A stretch of 57,013 bases of DNA from Girardia tigrina. Lineage: Eukaryota. Below, piece after piece: positions 12,242 to 24,374 of the stretch. How positions within the stretch are numbered: the first letter of the stretch is position 1; each line of letters opens with the position of its first letter. The notes beneath the pieces are model-generated. The model did no database searches. It was given only the letters and a program-made list of their open reading frames with translations, and was not told where the DNA came from. Location of the stretch: contig MQRK01187068.1 in the NCBI GenBank assembly GCA_001938485.1, positions 36,489-93,501 of the forward strand, read 5' to 3'. The translations under genes were made by a program, and so were the position numbers.

Positions 12242-13439
12242 CAGGGTTGGCCATAAGTCGCTTTACCCAGTTTTAATAATAATAAACACAAAATTCTAAA
12301 TGATACAACTTTTATTTAATCAGCGTACAATAAAAATTTCAAAACAAAAACTTGAAAACAATTAAATCTTATCTTCAAAGTGATGTCCTTCAGATTTAAT
12401 ATACAACTGGATTCTTCTCTGAACAGAGTCACAGATTCGTCGGCACATGTCTTTATCGTTGTTCAAGGCTGCAAATTCTGTAGTAATTCTTTCCTTCAAC
12501 TCGGATATGGTTAGAACATTTTGTGAGTAAATGCGTTCCTTCAGGATACCCCACATTGAATAATCACAAAGTGTCAGGTCCGGTGATCGTGGAGGCCATT
12601 CAGTGGTTCCTCTCCTACCGATCCACAACTCAAAATTGTTATCCAAAAAGTCGCGTATATTTCTACCATAATGAGGGGGAGCAACGTCTTGCATCTAAAC
12701 GTCGTTATGTGTCAAGCTGAGGTACAGCAAAATCATGCACCATGTCGAGATATAGCTGAGAATTTGCCGTTCCATCAAAGAAGTATGGACTCAGTACACC
12801 AGTTGAACGTATTCCTCCCCACACACAAATTCCTGGAGAAAGATTGTTGGTCTCCAATACCAGATGAGGATTCTCAGTGGAGTAGTATACGGCATTATGC
12901 AAATTAACATGACCATTCAACTTAAATGAAGCTTCGTCGGTACAAATTATTCTGTCCCTGATGTCAATGTTCTCATGGAGTTGTTGCTGTTACCATTCGC
13001 AAAATTCTACGCGCCTGTCATAATCGTCATAATTCATTTGATGGAGCAAACGAGGTCGCCAAACTTTCAACTCAATGCCCTTCATTATTCTACGTAAACT
13101 TGTGCGTGATATATGCAACTGCAAACTTGCACGAACTGCAGATGTTGATGGCGCATTCTGATAGAAAGTTCTAACATTTTCTTTATTTTCATCGGTATTC
13201 ATATTGTTAGGGCGCCCACTTATTTTCTTGTCGGTTACAGAGCCGGTCTCGTGAAACTTTTTAGTGAAAACATGCATTGATTGTCGTGATGGAGGAGCGT
13301 CATTAGAATACTCTTTTGCAAATACTGCAGCTACAGCTCTTAAATTTATATCATGCTTTATCCACTGCTTTACTATAAAAATTCTTTGTTGAAGTGTTAA
13401 TTGTCGTGCCATGACAATATTGCCAACAACAATGAACAA
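12242..13439 (-). mobile_element. Tc1/mariner transposon of DD40-41D (rosa/VS-like) type, decayed
   Basis: TA + TIR CAGGGTTGGCCATAAG; N-terminal HTH with SGRP; TDEASF...NGHVN; QDVAPPH...WPPRSPDLTLCD with 40 residues between the second and third D. The second TIR was not found. Confidence 0.88.
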
Positions 13440-14610
13440 AATGAAATAATTTGTTATTAATTAAGATTTTTAGGAATAAAATGAAATAATTTTGTAAAAC
13501 CTTTATTCGTCGTTAATTTCAAATAAAGGCTTTACAAGCAAAACAAAATAAAATAATGTAGATAACAAATGAAACTATATTAATTAATTAACAAACTAAT
13601 ACAAAAAAATAAACACAGACCATAAAAAAAATTTCCAGTGAAAGGATTGAGTTGGCAATTGACATTGGATGCTAATAGGGAAACAATTGTTTTCTGATGC
13701 AGCTTATATCTATTAACTAATCCATTGCGTATTGATTTTTTTATATTAGAATAGTTTTTATATTATATTATTTATATTATAATAAATAAAATTTCAAATC
13801 ATGCTTAACGAACAGATTAATAAAATAGAAGCATCTTCGTCTATCTCATTTTGAAAGCAGAATTTCGGCAAACAATTTATAAATATTTACAGTCTTCTTT
13901 TTCATCAAGATAACTCTTTGAAACACTTTTACTCTTTCAGCAGCATTCGAGCAGCATATTCCTATTCGAAATCAGCAAAGAGAAACGTAAGATTTTTCCT
14001 TGCTTTTCGACAATGAACTCTTTATTCGATACTTTCTACAGAGACAATTTTCTTTCCTTTCTAATAATTCTTGAACAGGAAGAATATCAATAAAAAGTAC
14101 ATTTTTAGAAATAGAATCCCGTTCATTTTCGCAAAATAAATAAATAAACAAACAAACATTCGAAAGTACAATCAACCATGAAAACACTCACATCAAACAC
14201 GAAAGAAACACCAGAACACTCGAAAGTGAACACCAAGGTCAAAGATCACGCAAATAAAGTAATCACGCAGTGTCAGTAGTAGGGCACTACAGATATGATT
14301 AATAAACAAAGAATTTGTCGAAATACTTATAATAAACCAGTCATTAAGAATGGTAGAAGACATTATTTATTTTTTCGTTAATAAATTTTTCGATAAAAAA
14401 TATTGATGAAAAAATTTTCGATAAAAAAATTTGATGATATGAAATAGAACAAAACTGCATGCCATAAAAGAAATATAAATTATGGGGTTTTTTTAAAAAG
14501 TTAATTTTTTTGTAGTGCTAAAAAATTTAGCTTTTTATAATTTTTTTCACAAAGATGTTTGTCATTATATATATAAACGGATAATATAGATAGATTGATG
14601 CACTTGCATC

Positions 14611-14713
14611 ATTTCGATATGACGTCACATTTCACCAATCCCATTCCCCCTCGTGACAATTCGTCACAAAATTCTGCTCCCCCTCCTGCGTGACGTCATT
14701 TATGGGCAGCCCC
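14611..14713. mobile_element. End of a Harbinger-type MITE (single TIR)
   Basis: GCGTGACGTCATTTATGGGCAGCCCC followed by TAA; same TIR architecture as the complete MITE at 19400-19946. Confidence 0.55.
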
Positions 14714-15006
14714 TAACTTTGAAATGTGAGAGTTTATTTAGAATGGTACTTTGTTTATTTCGAAGAGAAGAAAAATTCAATTTTCGCAGTCTCCATAAAA
14801 TTTTCAATTAGAAATTTTCAATTTGAAATTAATTAAAAAAACAACCCCAAATTATCCATTTAAAAATCCGGTTTCTACTTAATATTAATAATAAAATCTG
14901 GAGTGAGATTTTGTTTTAAATCTCAAAGTTCTGAAAATCAAATTCGTGAAACTGATTGTTTAAATTTACAACATAATTCAAAATTGCATTTATTTTCAAT
15001 TGAAAA

Positions 15007-15252
15007 ATGGTTATGAAATCCAGTAAAAAAACCGCCTATTTAACCGAACACCATTTGAATAATCTGAAGGATCACAAATACAGTTGTAGTGGCAAATCGA
15101 TAATCGAACCGATTTTCCAATTATTTTGGAATTGGATCATAAAATACGTTCCATTATCGATCGCTCCGAACACATTGACGCTGATAGGACTGATTGTCAA
15201 TGTGTTCAGTGTTCTCGTGATCGCGTATTACAGTCCCGATGGAAAACACTCG
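15007..15252 (+). CDS. cept1: Choline/ethanolamine phosphotransferase exon 1 of 8
   Basis: LKDHKYSCSGKSIIEP...FWNW...APNTLTLIGL...YYSP; donor TCG|GTGATT, phase 0. Confidence 0.92.
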
Positions 15253-15678
15253 GTGATTTCGCTTTACGACAGAATTTATACACGAATTATATAAAGGGCT
15301 TCTTTCCTGTTTATTATAGCACCGGAAAAAAATGAAGATTTTCACTATCGTATTTTAAATATTCTTTTGATTTTGTTTAGAAAATTCGGAAAAAAACTTT
15401 TAGGAAAATATTACAATAATTTAAAGTAGAAATATTTTATAATTTTCTCTATTTTTACAGTTTATTATTATCAAATTTTTATAGAATTATTAAAAAATAT
15501 TTTACTAAAATATTTTAATAATGAATTTGTTTTTATAATAATAAAACAGGAAAAAACAAAATTATTTTGTTTATTAATTTTGAATTTTTCTTCGCTACTT
15601 TTTTGTTATAATTATTTTTTTTTATTTTTATAATAATGTATATAAATAAAGTTTATATATTATACTATAATTTTTAAA

Positions 15679-18600
15679 TAAATTATCACAAATTTATTAA
15701 TAAATAATCACAAATTAATTAATAAATAATCACAAATTAATTCATAAATAATCACCAATTAATTCATAAATAATCACAAATTAATTCATAAATAATCACA
15801 AATTAATTCATAAATAATCACAAATTAATTCATAAATATTCACAAATTCATTAATAAATAATCATAAATTCATTAATAAATAAACACAAATTAATTAATA
15901 AATATTCACAAATTAATTAATAAATAATCACAAATTAATTCGTAAATAATCACAAATTAATTCATAAATATTCACAAATTAATTCATAAATAATCACAAA
16001 TTAATTAATAAAAATTCATAAATTAATTCATNAATATTCACAAATTAATTCATAAATATTCACAAATTCATTAATAAATATTCACAAATTAATTAATAAA
16101 TATTCACAAAATAATTAATAAATAATCACAAATTAATTCATAAATAATCACAAATTAATTCATAAATAATCACAAATTAATTTATAAATATTCACAAATT
16201 AATTCATAAATATTCACAAATTAATTCATAAATATTCACAAATTAATTCATAAATATTCACAAATTCATTAATAAATATTCACAAAATAATTAATAAATA
16301 ATCACAAATTAATTAATAAATAATCATAAATAATCACAAATTAATAAATAATCACAAATTAATTAATAAATAATCACAAATTAATTCATAAATAATCACA
16401 AATNNNNNNNNNNNNNNNNNNNNNNNNNNNNNNNNNNNNNNNNNNNNNNNNNNTCACAAATTAATTCATAAATATTCACAAATTAATTCATAAATAATCA
16501 CAAATTAATTAATAAAAATTCATAAATTAATTCATAAATATTCACAAATTAATTCATAAATATTCACAAATTCATTAATAAATATTCACAAATTAATTAA
16601 TAAATAATCACAAATTAATTAATAAATAATCACAAATTAATTCATAAATAATCACAAATTAATTCATAAATAATCACAAATTAATTTATAAATATTCACA
16701 AATTAATTCATAAATATTCACAAATTAATTCATAAATATTCACAAATTCATTCATAAATATTCACAAATTCATTAATAAATATTCACAAAATAATTAATA
16801 AATAATCACAAATTAATTAATAAATAATCATAAATTAATTCATAAATAATCACAAATTAATGAATAAATAATCACAAATTAATTCATAAATAATCACAAA
16901 TTAATTCATAAATAATCACAAATTAATTCATATATAATCACAAATTAATTCATAAATAATCACAAATTAATTTATAAATATTCACAAATTAATTCATAAA
17001 TATTCACAAATTCATTAATAAATATTCACAAATTAATTAATAAATATTCACAAATTAATTTATAAATATGCACAAATTAATTCATAAATAATCACAAATT
17101 CATAAATAATCACAAATTAATTCATAAATAATCACAAATAAATTCATAAATAATCACAAATTAATTCATAAATAATCACAAATTAATTCATAAATAATCA
17201 CAAATTAATTCATAAATAATCACAAATTAATTTATAAATATTCACAAATTAATTCATAAATATTCACAAATTATTTCATAAATATTCACAAATTAATTCA
17301 TAAATATTCACAAATTCATTAATAAATAATCATAAATTCATTAATAAATAAACACAAATTAATTAATAAATATTCACAAAATAATTAATAAATATTCACA
17401 AAATAATTAATAAATATTTACAAAATAATTAATAAATAATCACAAATTAATTAATAAATATTCATAAATTAATTAATAAATATTCACAAAATAATTAATA
17501 AATATTCACAAAATAATTAATAAATAAACACAAATTAATTCATAAATAATCACAACTTAATTCATAAATAATCACAAATCAATTAATAAATAATCACAAA
17601 TTAATTAATAAATATTCACAAAATAATTAATAAATATTCACAAAATAATTAATAAATAATCACAAATTAATTAAATAATCATAAATTAATTAATAAATAT
17701 TCACAAAATAATTAATAAATAATCACAAATTAATTAATAAATATTCACAAAATAATTAATAAATAATCACAAATTAATTAATAAATAATCACAAAATAAT
17801 TAATAAATATTCACAAAATAATTAATAAATATTCACAAAATAATTAATAAATAATCACAAAATAATTAATAAATATTCACATAATAATTAATAAATATTT
17901 ACAAAATAATTAATAAATAATCACAAATTAATTAATAAATATTCATAAATTAATTAATAAATATTCACAAAATAATTAATAAATATTCACAAAATAATTA
18001 ATAAATAAACACAAATTAATTCATAAATAATCACAACTTAATTAATAAATAATCACAAATTAATTAATAAATATTCACAAAATAATTAATAAATATTCAC
18101 AAAATAATTAATAAATAATCACAAATTAATTAATAAATAATCACAAATTAATTAATAAATATTCACAAAATAATTAGTAAATAATCACAAATCAATTAAT
18201 AAATAATCACAAATCAATTAATAAATAATCACAAATTAATTAATAAATATTCACAAAATAATTAATAAATATTCATAAATTAATTCATAAATATTCACAA
18301 ATTAATTCATAAATATTCACAAATTCATTAATAAATAATCACAAATTAATTCATAAATATTCACAAAATAATTAATAAATAATCAAAAATTAATTCATAA
18401 ATATTCACAAATTAATTAATAAATAATCACAAATTAATTAATAAATATTCACAAAATAATTAATAAATATTCACAAAATAATTAATAAATAATCACAAAT
18501 TAATTAATAAATAATCACAAATTAATTAATAAATATTCACAAAATAATTAGTAAATAATCACAAATCAATTAATAAATAATCACAAATCAATTAATAAAT

Positions 18601-18868
18601 AATCACAAATTAATTAATAAATATTCACAAAATAATTAATAAATATTCATAAATTAATTCATAAATATTCACAAATTAATTCATAAATATTCACAAATTC
18701 ATTAATAAATAATCACAAATTAATTCATAAATATTCACAAAATAATTAATAGAATCAAAAATTAATTCATAAATATTCACAAATTAATTAATAAATAATC
18801 ACAAATTAATTAATAAATAATCACAAATTAATTAATAAATAATCACAAATTAATTAATAGATAATCAT
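15679..18868. repeat. 22-bp satellite array (~3.2 kb) in cept1 intron 1
   Basis: Consensus TAAATA(A/T)TCACAAATTAATT(C/A)A; nearly G-free on the + strand; one N gap. Confidence 0.97.
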
Positions 18869-19399
18869 TAAATAATTACTAAAAAATAGTCATTAATTAA
18901 TTAACAAAGAAACTGACATTATAAACGCAAATCCAAATTATTAGCAACATCACAATTTGCATAAACACATTAACAACACAGAGTAATTTCCAGTAGCACT
19001 CTCTGCGGAAAGCATCGTTCTTGATTAATATGCTTTTTGTTTCTATATGCAAATTTTTGATTTAACTAATGAGATAAAAAGAAAATTAACTTTTAATTTC
19101 TCAAATTTTTTGGATAAAAATGCGCTAATTAAATTTCAAAATAGACATTATATTAAATTCAATGAGTTAAAGTTGTTTGCTTAAAAATATTGTTAACAAG
19201 TTGAGTGCGATGCGACCCACGGGCGGCATAATTCATACATTAATTATATGAATTATGAGGTTTTAAAGTGTCCACTACACAACCAATGAAGTTCTGAAGA
19301 CCTTCATCGGAAAATATCAGACTCCAACGACCCATGGGCAGTCGGCAGTTTCGGCCATCGCATTCCACGTGTTAAGATTTATAATTATAAAACTTTTAA

Positions 19400-19946
19400 G
19401 GGGCCATTGCATAATTACGTAACGCCAAAANNNNNNNNNNNNNNNNNNNNNNNNNNNNNNNNNNNNNNNNNNNNNNNNNNNNNNNNNNNNNNNNNNNNNN
19501 NNNNNNNNTTATTATTATTTGTTTCAGAAAGAATTATTACTGGGATCATTGCATGGTAGAACATTTTGAACAAAGTTGAAAAAGTTGAAAATATTATTTG
19601 AAATTGACATAAAATTAATGTCAATTATTTATAATAACATTTGACATTGTCTAAAATAAATTTTAATATTTCATTAATGCAAAAATAATGACAGTACCTA
19701 AATGTATTAAAACAAAAGTTTTAAAATGCATTAAATTGACAGAATTAAAATTATTTAAATTTTGAAATTGTATTTCTTGTAACTTGTCTTAAATAATTTT
19801 GTCTTAAGACACTACAGTCGTGCCTTAATTTTTAAAAAAGCGTTACGTAACATTCAGTGACCCCCACCCACCCACGTAACGTTTTATAACGTTTTCAAGG
19901 ACCCCACCCAATACCCTCGAGCGTTACGTAATTATGCAATGGCCCC
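19400..19946. mobile_element. PIF/Harbinger-type MITE
   Basis: Perfect 26-bp TIR GGGGCCATTGCATAATTACGTAACGC; TAA on both flanks. Confidence 0.85.
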
Positions 19947-20182
19947 TAATTAATTATTATTTAAACAATAATCTCGTTAGATTTAAATAATTAACCAATA
20001 ACATCAATCCCATCTGACTAGGAGAGTCACCAATCTCAACAGCACACAAACAACAAACTCACAACATTCAGCATTTTGCCTCACACAAATGAACACATAA
20101 AATCCAAAACGACACGATGATGTCATTTTAAATGCCTCCATGGAATTTCTAATCGGGAACGGGTGTAATATATTAAAATGCC

Positions 20183-20749
20183 TATAGTTCCGTATGAGCC
20201 CAAGCAAATATAAAAGTATGACAATAAATAAAAAATTATCGGCATTCCAGGAACAATAATTAAAAATATTTATATAAAATGTTTTTTAAGTCACAAAACC
20301 TCAATGGAAAATACATGTAATGGTTACATAATCACTGGTTATTTTAGAAATTATTCGACTTCATTTAGGAAATATTTGTACCACGATTTCAGAATTAAAT
20401 AAACGTTTAATAATTTGTTTCATATTTTTTAGGTATGCCGAATATATTTTATAATTAAAATTGAATACTTTTTTTGGATTTTCTGATTTTTTAAATTATT
20501 TTCAGTTAATTTTTCTATGCAAAATAAGAAAAAAATATTAAATAGTTTTAAAAAATGAGACGAAAAACAAGTTTAGCTTAAAAATATACAGCAAATAAGT
20601 CGTAGATGCCAGTGATTGCGTAATCAATATAGGTATTTTTCATTAAGCATAGATTACTAAAAAAATTTAAAATTATTTCTCTAGGTGTGCAGATAATTTT
20701 TTATATATTTTCATAATTTTATTTTTGCTGGGGCCCGTACGGAACTATA
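20183..20749. mobile_element. Unclassified MITE
   Basis: TATAGTTCCGTATGAGCCCAAGCAAA versus the inverse of TTTGCTGGGGCCCGTACGGAACTATA (3 mismatches). Confidence 0.7.
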
Positions 20750-20764
20750 CCCAATTAATTTTTT

Positions 20765-20809
20765 TTGATAATTAATTTCGACGGTATAAGCGTCATCGTC
20801 AGGTCTCAA
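20765..20809 (-). ncRNA. Minimal type-I hammerhead ribozyme
   Basis: Minus strand reads TTGAGAC-CTGACGA-T-GACG(CTTATAC)CGTC-GAA-ATTAAT-T-ATCAA. Confidence 0.7.
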
Positions 20810-21125
20810 GAACAAAATGAGTTTTAAATCTGTTTATATAGTCAATCAGTGATTATGTCATCTAAACACGCTCAATAGGGTTTTTGAAAGACCCGTTTGC
20901 ACATTAATCTTAGGATTTCAAGATCTGATAAAAAGTGCTTCACAGGCCACCCTCTCCCAATAGTTTAAAGCGACTAGACAGAATTTTAAAATCATTTATG
21001 TTTATATTTTCTTTCGGATTACAACCCTTTCTGTGTTCTGCAGTATTACTCCTACTGACATTCCGACTTTCTGTTCTTGGGTGAGAGATCTAACCAAATG
21101 TCGATTCTAATCAGGTACCGATGCA
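20765..21125 (-). mobile_element. Penelope-like 3' fragment (endonuclease tail + pseudo-LTR)
   Basis: Minus strand encodes NYWERVACEALFIRS...PKINV, homologous to 5790-5850 and to 54200-54420. Confidence 0.8.
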
Positions 21126-22338
21126 ATATATTTTTACTATTATTTTATTTAAATATTTTTCAGTATATTTACAAATTTAAGACAATTAAATTAAAATAAA
21201 TATAAAAAAATAATTCATAAATATTTTATTTTTTTCACTTTTTGGATTTAAATGATTTCTTTGAAAATATAAATAATTTTATTTTTTTATATTGCAATAA
21301 CAAAATTTTTGAAACTTAGGAAAAAATATAGTGACAATTAACTTCATTACATAAGATCGTATAAGAGCAATAATTGTATTTTAAATAAACTTTATTTTGT
21401 ATTAGTATGCGGAAAAAATTTTTTTAGGAAGATATAAAATATCATTTTCTTTTTTTTGTTATTTTTGGTGAATATAATTATCGAATGAAAAATGTAAAAA
21501 AATATTTTTACATAATTGTAACATAAGGAAATATTATATTTGAATTTTTATTTAAATATTAAAGTGTTGTAAAAGGAAAGAAAATACTTTTTTTCATTAA
21601 TTTTTTAATCATTCTTTTTATAAAGTGAATATTAACATTATTTCCTTAAAATAATTTAATTAATTTAGGTTATTTTTTACAATAATTTTAAGTTTATATT
21701 AATATATTAGGTTGATGCAAAAGAAATTTCGTTTATAACCGTCAACTTTAAATGAACATAACTTTCTTTAGAATTAACTTTATTAGTCAAACTAACAACC
21801 ATTACATTGAACACATTGTTGCCAACGGGTAGCAAGTGTTTGTATTCCAGTTTCATAAAATTCTGGAGTTCTGGAGGTGATGACGTCGTCCAAGGCTCTT
21901 TCAGCATCTCCTTGGATTCTGAAGCATTTTTTCGCGAAGGAACTGACTGAAATGTTTGAAAAGGTGATAGTCTGTAGGAGAAAGGTCTGGTGAGTACGGT
22001 GGATGAGGCACAGTTTCATATCCCAGTTCGTTTAACTTCAGCATGGTCTTTCTTGCAACATGTGGACGAGCGTTGTCATGCAGAAGAATTGGCCCCTTTC
22101 TATCGAGTAATGCCGGCCGTTTTTTTTGCAGTTCTTGGTGCATTTTATCAATTTGCCGACAATACTTTTCCGCTGTAATTGTTTTGCCTTGCTTTAGGAA
22201 GCTGTAATGGATTAAACCGTGTGCGGACCACCAAACAGTTAACATGACTTTTTTTGGGTGTAATTTTGGCTTCGGGAAAGGCTTTGGAGTCTCATTGAAA
22301 TCCAACCATTGAGCTGATAGTCGCCGGTTTTCGTATAG

Positions 22339-22831
22339 CAGTGCTGCCCAACCAGGCGATCGCGATCTACGAGTCGATCGCGACACGACTTTAGGTCGAT
22401 ATTCTACTACAGACTGAAAATGAAAAAAAATGTTTGTAAAAAAAAATTTGTAAAAAAATTTTTTTTTTGTAAACACAAATATTAAAAAAAATTAAGCAAT
22501 CACTATACTTCTCCGTTTTTTAGTTTGCTTTGCAAAAGTTTGTTCAAACGCTCTTCATCAAATTCATTTGGTCGTCCTGAACGAGGTGCATCCTTGAGGT
22601 CAAAATTGCCAATTTTAAATTTTGCGAACCAATCACGAGCGGTTCTATCAGCAATAGCACCTTCTCCGTATACAGTACAAAGCTCTCGTATTATAACATA
22701 ATGTAAAAACATAGTATGTATTTCTAACTTCCCAATCTCCCCTTAAACTAAAACTATGACAACAAGTCGATCGCGACACATTTTTAAGAAAAAAAAGTCG
22801 ATCTTACGTACACAAAAGTTGGCCACCACTG
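22339..22831. mobile_element. hAT non-autonomous element nested in mariner
   Basis: CAGTG...CACTG termini; exact 8-bp TSD TCGTATAG (22331-22338, 22832-22839); subterminal GTCGATCGCGAC repeats. Confidence 0.9.
22535..22692 (-). mobile_element. Fragment of a second mariner (N-terminal HTH) inside the hAT element
   Basis: RELCTVYGEGAIADRTARDWFAKFKIGNFDLKDAPRSGRP. Confidence 0.85.
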
Positions 22832-23967
22832 TCGTATAGGATCCATTTTTCATCGCACGTTACAATTCGATCCAGAAACCGGTCGCTTTGATTACACCAA
22901 AGCAGAGACGAACACACGTTAAAACGACGATTTTTTTGATTTTCGTTTAATTCATGCGGTACCCACTTGTCCAGCCTTTTCACTTTCCCGATTTTCTTCA
23001 GATGGCGAACAACCGTTGATTGACTTCGCCGTTCTTGAGTGACTTCCCGTTCATTTTTATGCGGATCGGCATTGATTAACTTCTTCAAATGGTCAACTAC
23101 CGTGTTCTTCATCTTCAAGGCTCTCGTTGCCACTACGAAACTTAGAAAACCAACGTTATACTGTTAGTAAATTAGTGGTATGTATTCCAGATACATTGTT
23201 AATATTCCAAGTCGTTTCTGTCGCTTTTCGACCTAGTTTGAAATCGTAGAATAAAATTGTTCTCATTTCCTTCTTTTCTAACATTTCTAAAATAAAATAA
23301 ATACACCTTAAATTAACAACAATAATGTCATACTTGGCATCAAAATATAGAGTAAAGTTTAAGCTTTAAAGTAAATTTAAATATGAATCTATTTATTAAT
23401 GATTTTCTAAATATTTCAAACAATGAATACATTAAAAACGACATTTCTTTTGCATCAATCTAATAATAATAATAAAAATCTTTAAAAATGTAGCGAAAAT
23501 ATAAAAAATATTTAAAAAAGAAAATATTATTCACTATCATTTTTTTTAATTTATTCCTTTTAAAAGTACAAAAAAATTAATTAAAAACTATATTGAAAAA
23601 ATTTAGATTTATTTTATTCATATATTTTTATTTTTTTCAGAAATTAAAAATGAAAAAATAAAGAAAATTAAGCTTTAATAAATATATAAAAAATTATTTT
23701 GCATTAAATATTTTCTGTTTTTCACAATTTTTACAATAATGTGTATTTTTAAGCAACGAGAAGTAATTTTTTAAATTTTTCTTAATGTTAGATAAAAATT
23801 TTAATGTTTTCAGTGAGTTGTTTAGCACTAAGTTTTTATTTTTTGTTGAAAGAATTTTAAAATACAACTGTGAAAAAAATAATCTGAAGCAAATGTTTCT
23901 TGGTGCTAGGATATACTGAAGGAAAGTCCTAGTCATGACTAAAATTGAATAATATCTTGTCATGAAG

Positions 23968-24115
23968 CTACCGCCGTGGACTTTGTTTCTATGTGCATTT
24001 GGACTATTTTTCTATCAAACATTAGACGCGTTGGACGGTAAACAAGCACGGCGTACGAACACATCATCACAATTAGGGGAGCTGTTCGATCACGGCTGTG
24101 ATGCGATCTCATCGA
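23968..24115 (+). CDS. cept1: cept1 exon 2 (CDP-alcohol phosphotransferase catalytic motif)
   Basis: [26 protein letters not shown] matches D-x2-DG-x2-AR-x8-G-x3-D-x3-D; AAG|CTA acceptor, A|GTACG donor. Confidence 0.95.
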
Positions 24116-24374
24116 GTACGACTGTTTTAGCCTCTATGTTCTCGAGCTGTTCTATGTATTGCCCTTCCTGTTATTATAATTTTTTTCATAACTTATAAAA
24201 TATTTTTATAGCTTTTTTTTATTATTTTTCAGTTTTTAATTTTTGTTGCAATTGATTTAAAATTTAAAAATTAACTTAGTAAAACATATCGTCTTTTCTA
24301 AATATAAATTTGGGAAGTTAACATATCATGCGGATTTCTATACTGATCCAGTTTTGTTTGGTACCTCTGCTTAA

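Larger units (their letters stand above)
21707..23463 (-). mobile_element. mariner DD34D, cecropia/Hsmar1-like, interrupted by a hAT MITE
   Basis: TA-flanked TIRs TTAG(G/A)TTGATGCAAAAGAAAT; WVPHEL, TCDEKWI, HDNARPH, YSPDLSPTDY; ~1.26 kb once the insert is removed. Confidence 0.95.

Noticed and set aside
13800-14300. Possible hAT-like remnant (NAAERVK on the minus strand)
   Set aside because: A single short motif with no termini; insufficient support.
15679-18868. CRISPR-like array
   Set aside because: Contiguous tandem units with no unique spacers, no cas genes, and a eukaryotic intron context.
19290-19325. CTGAAGA...GAAA as another hammerhead
   Set aside because: Stem II closing pair is reversed and weak, and stem III is too short.
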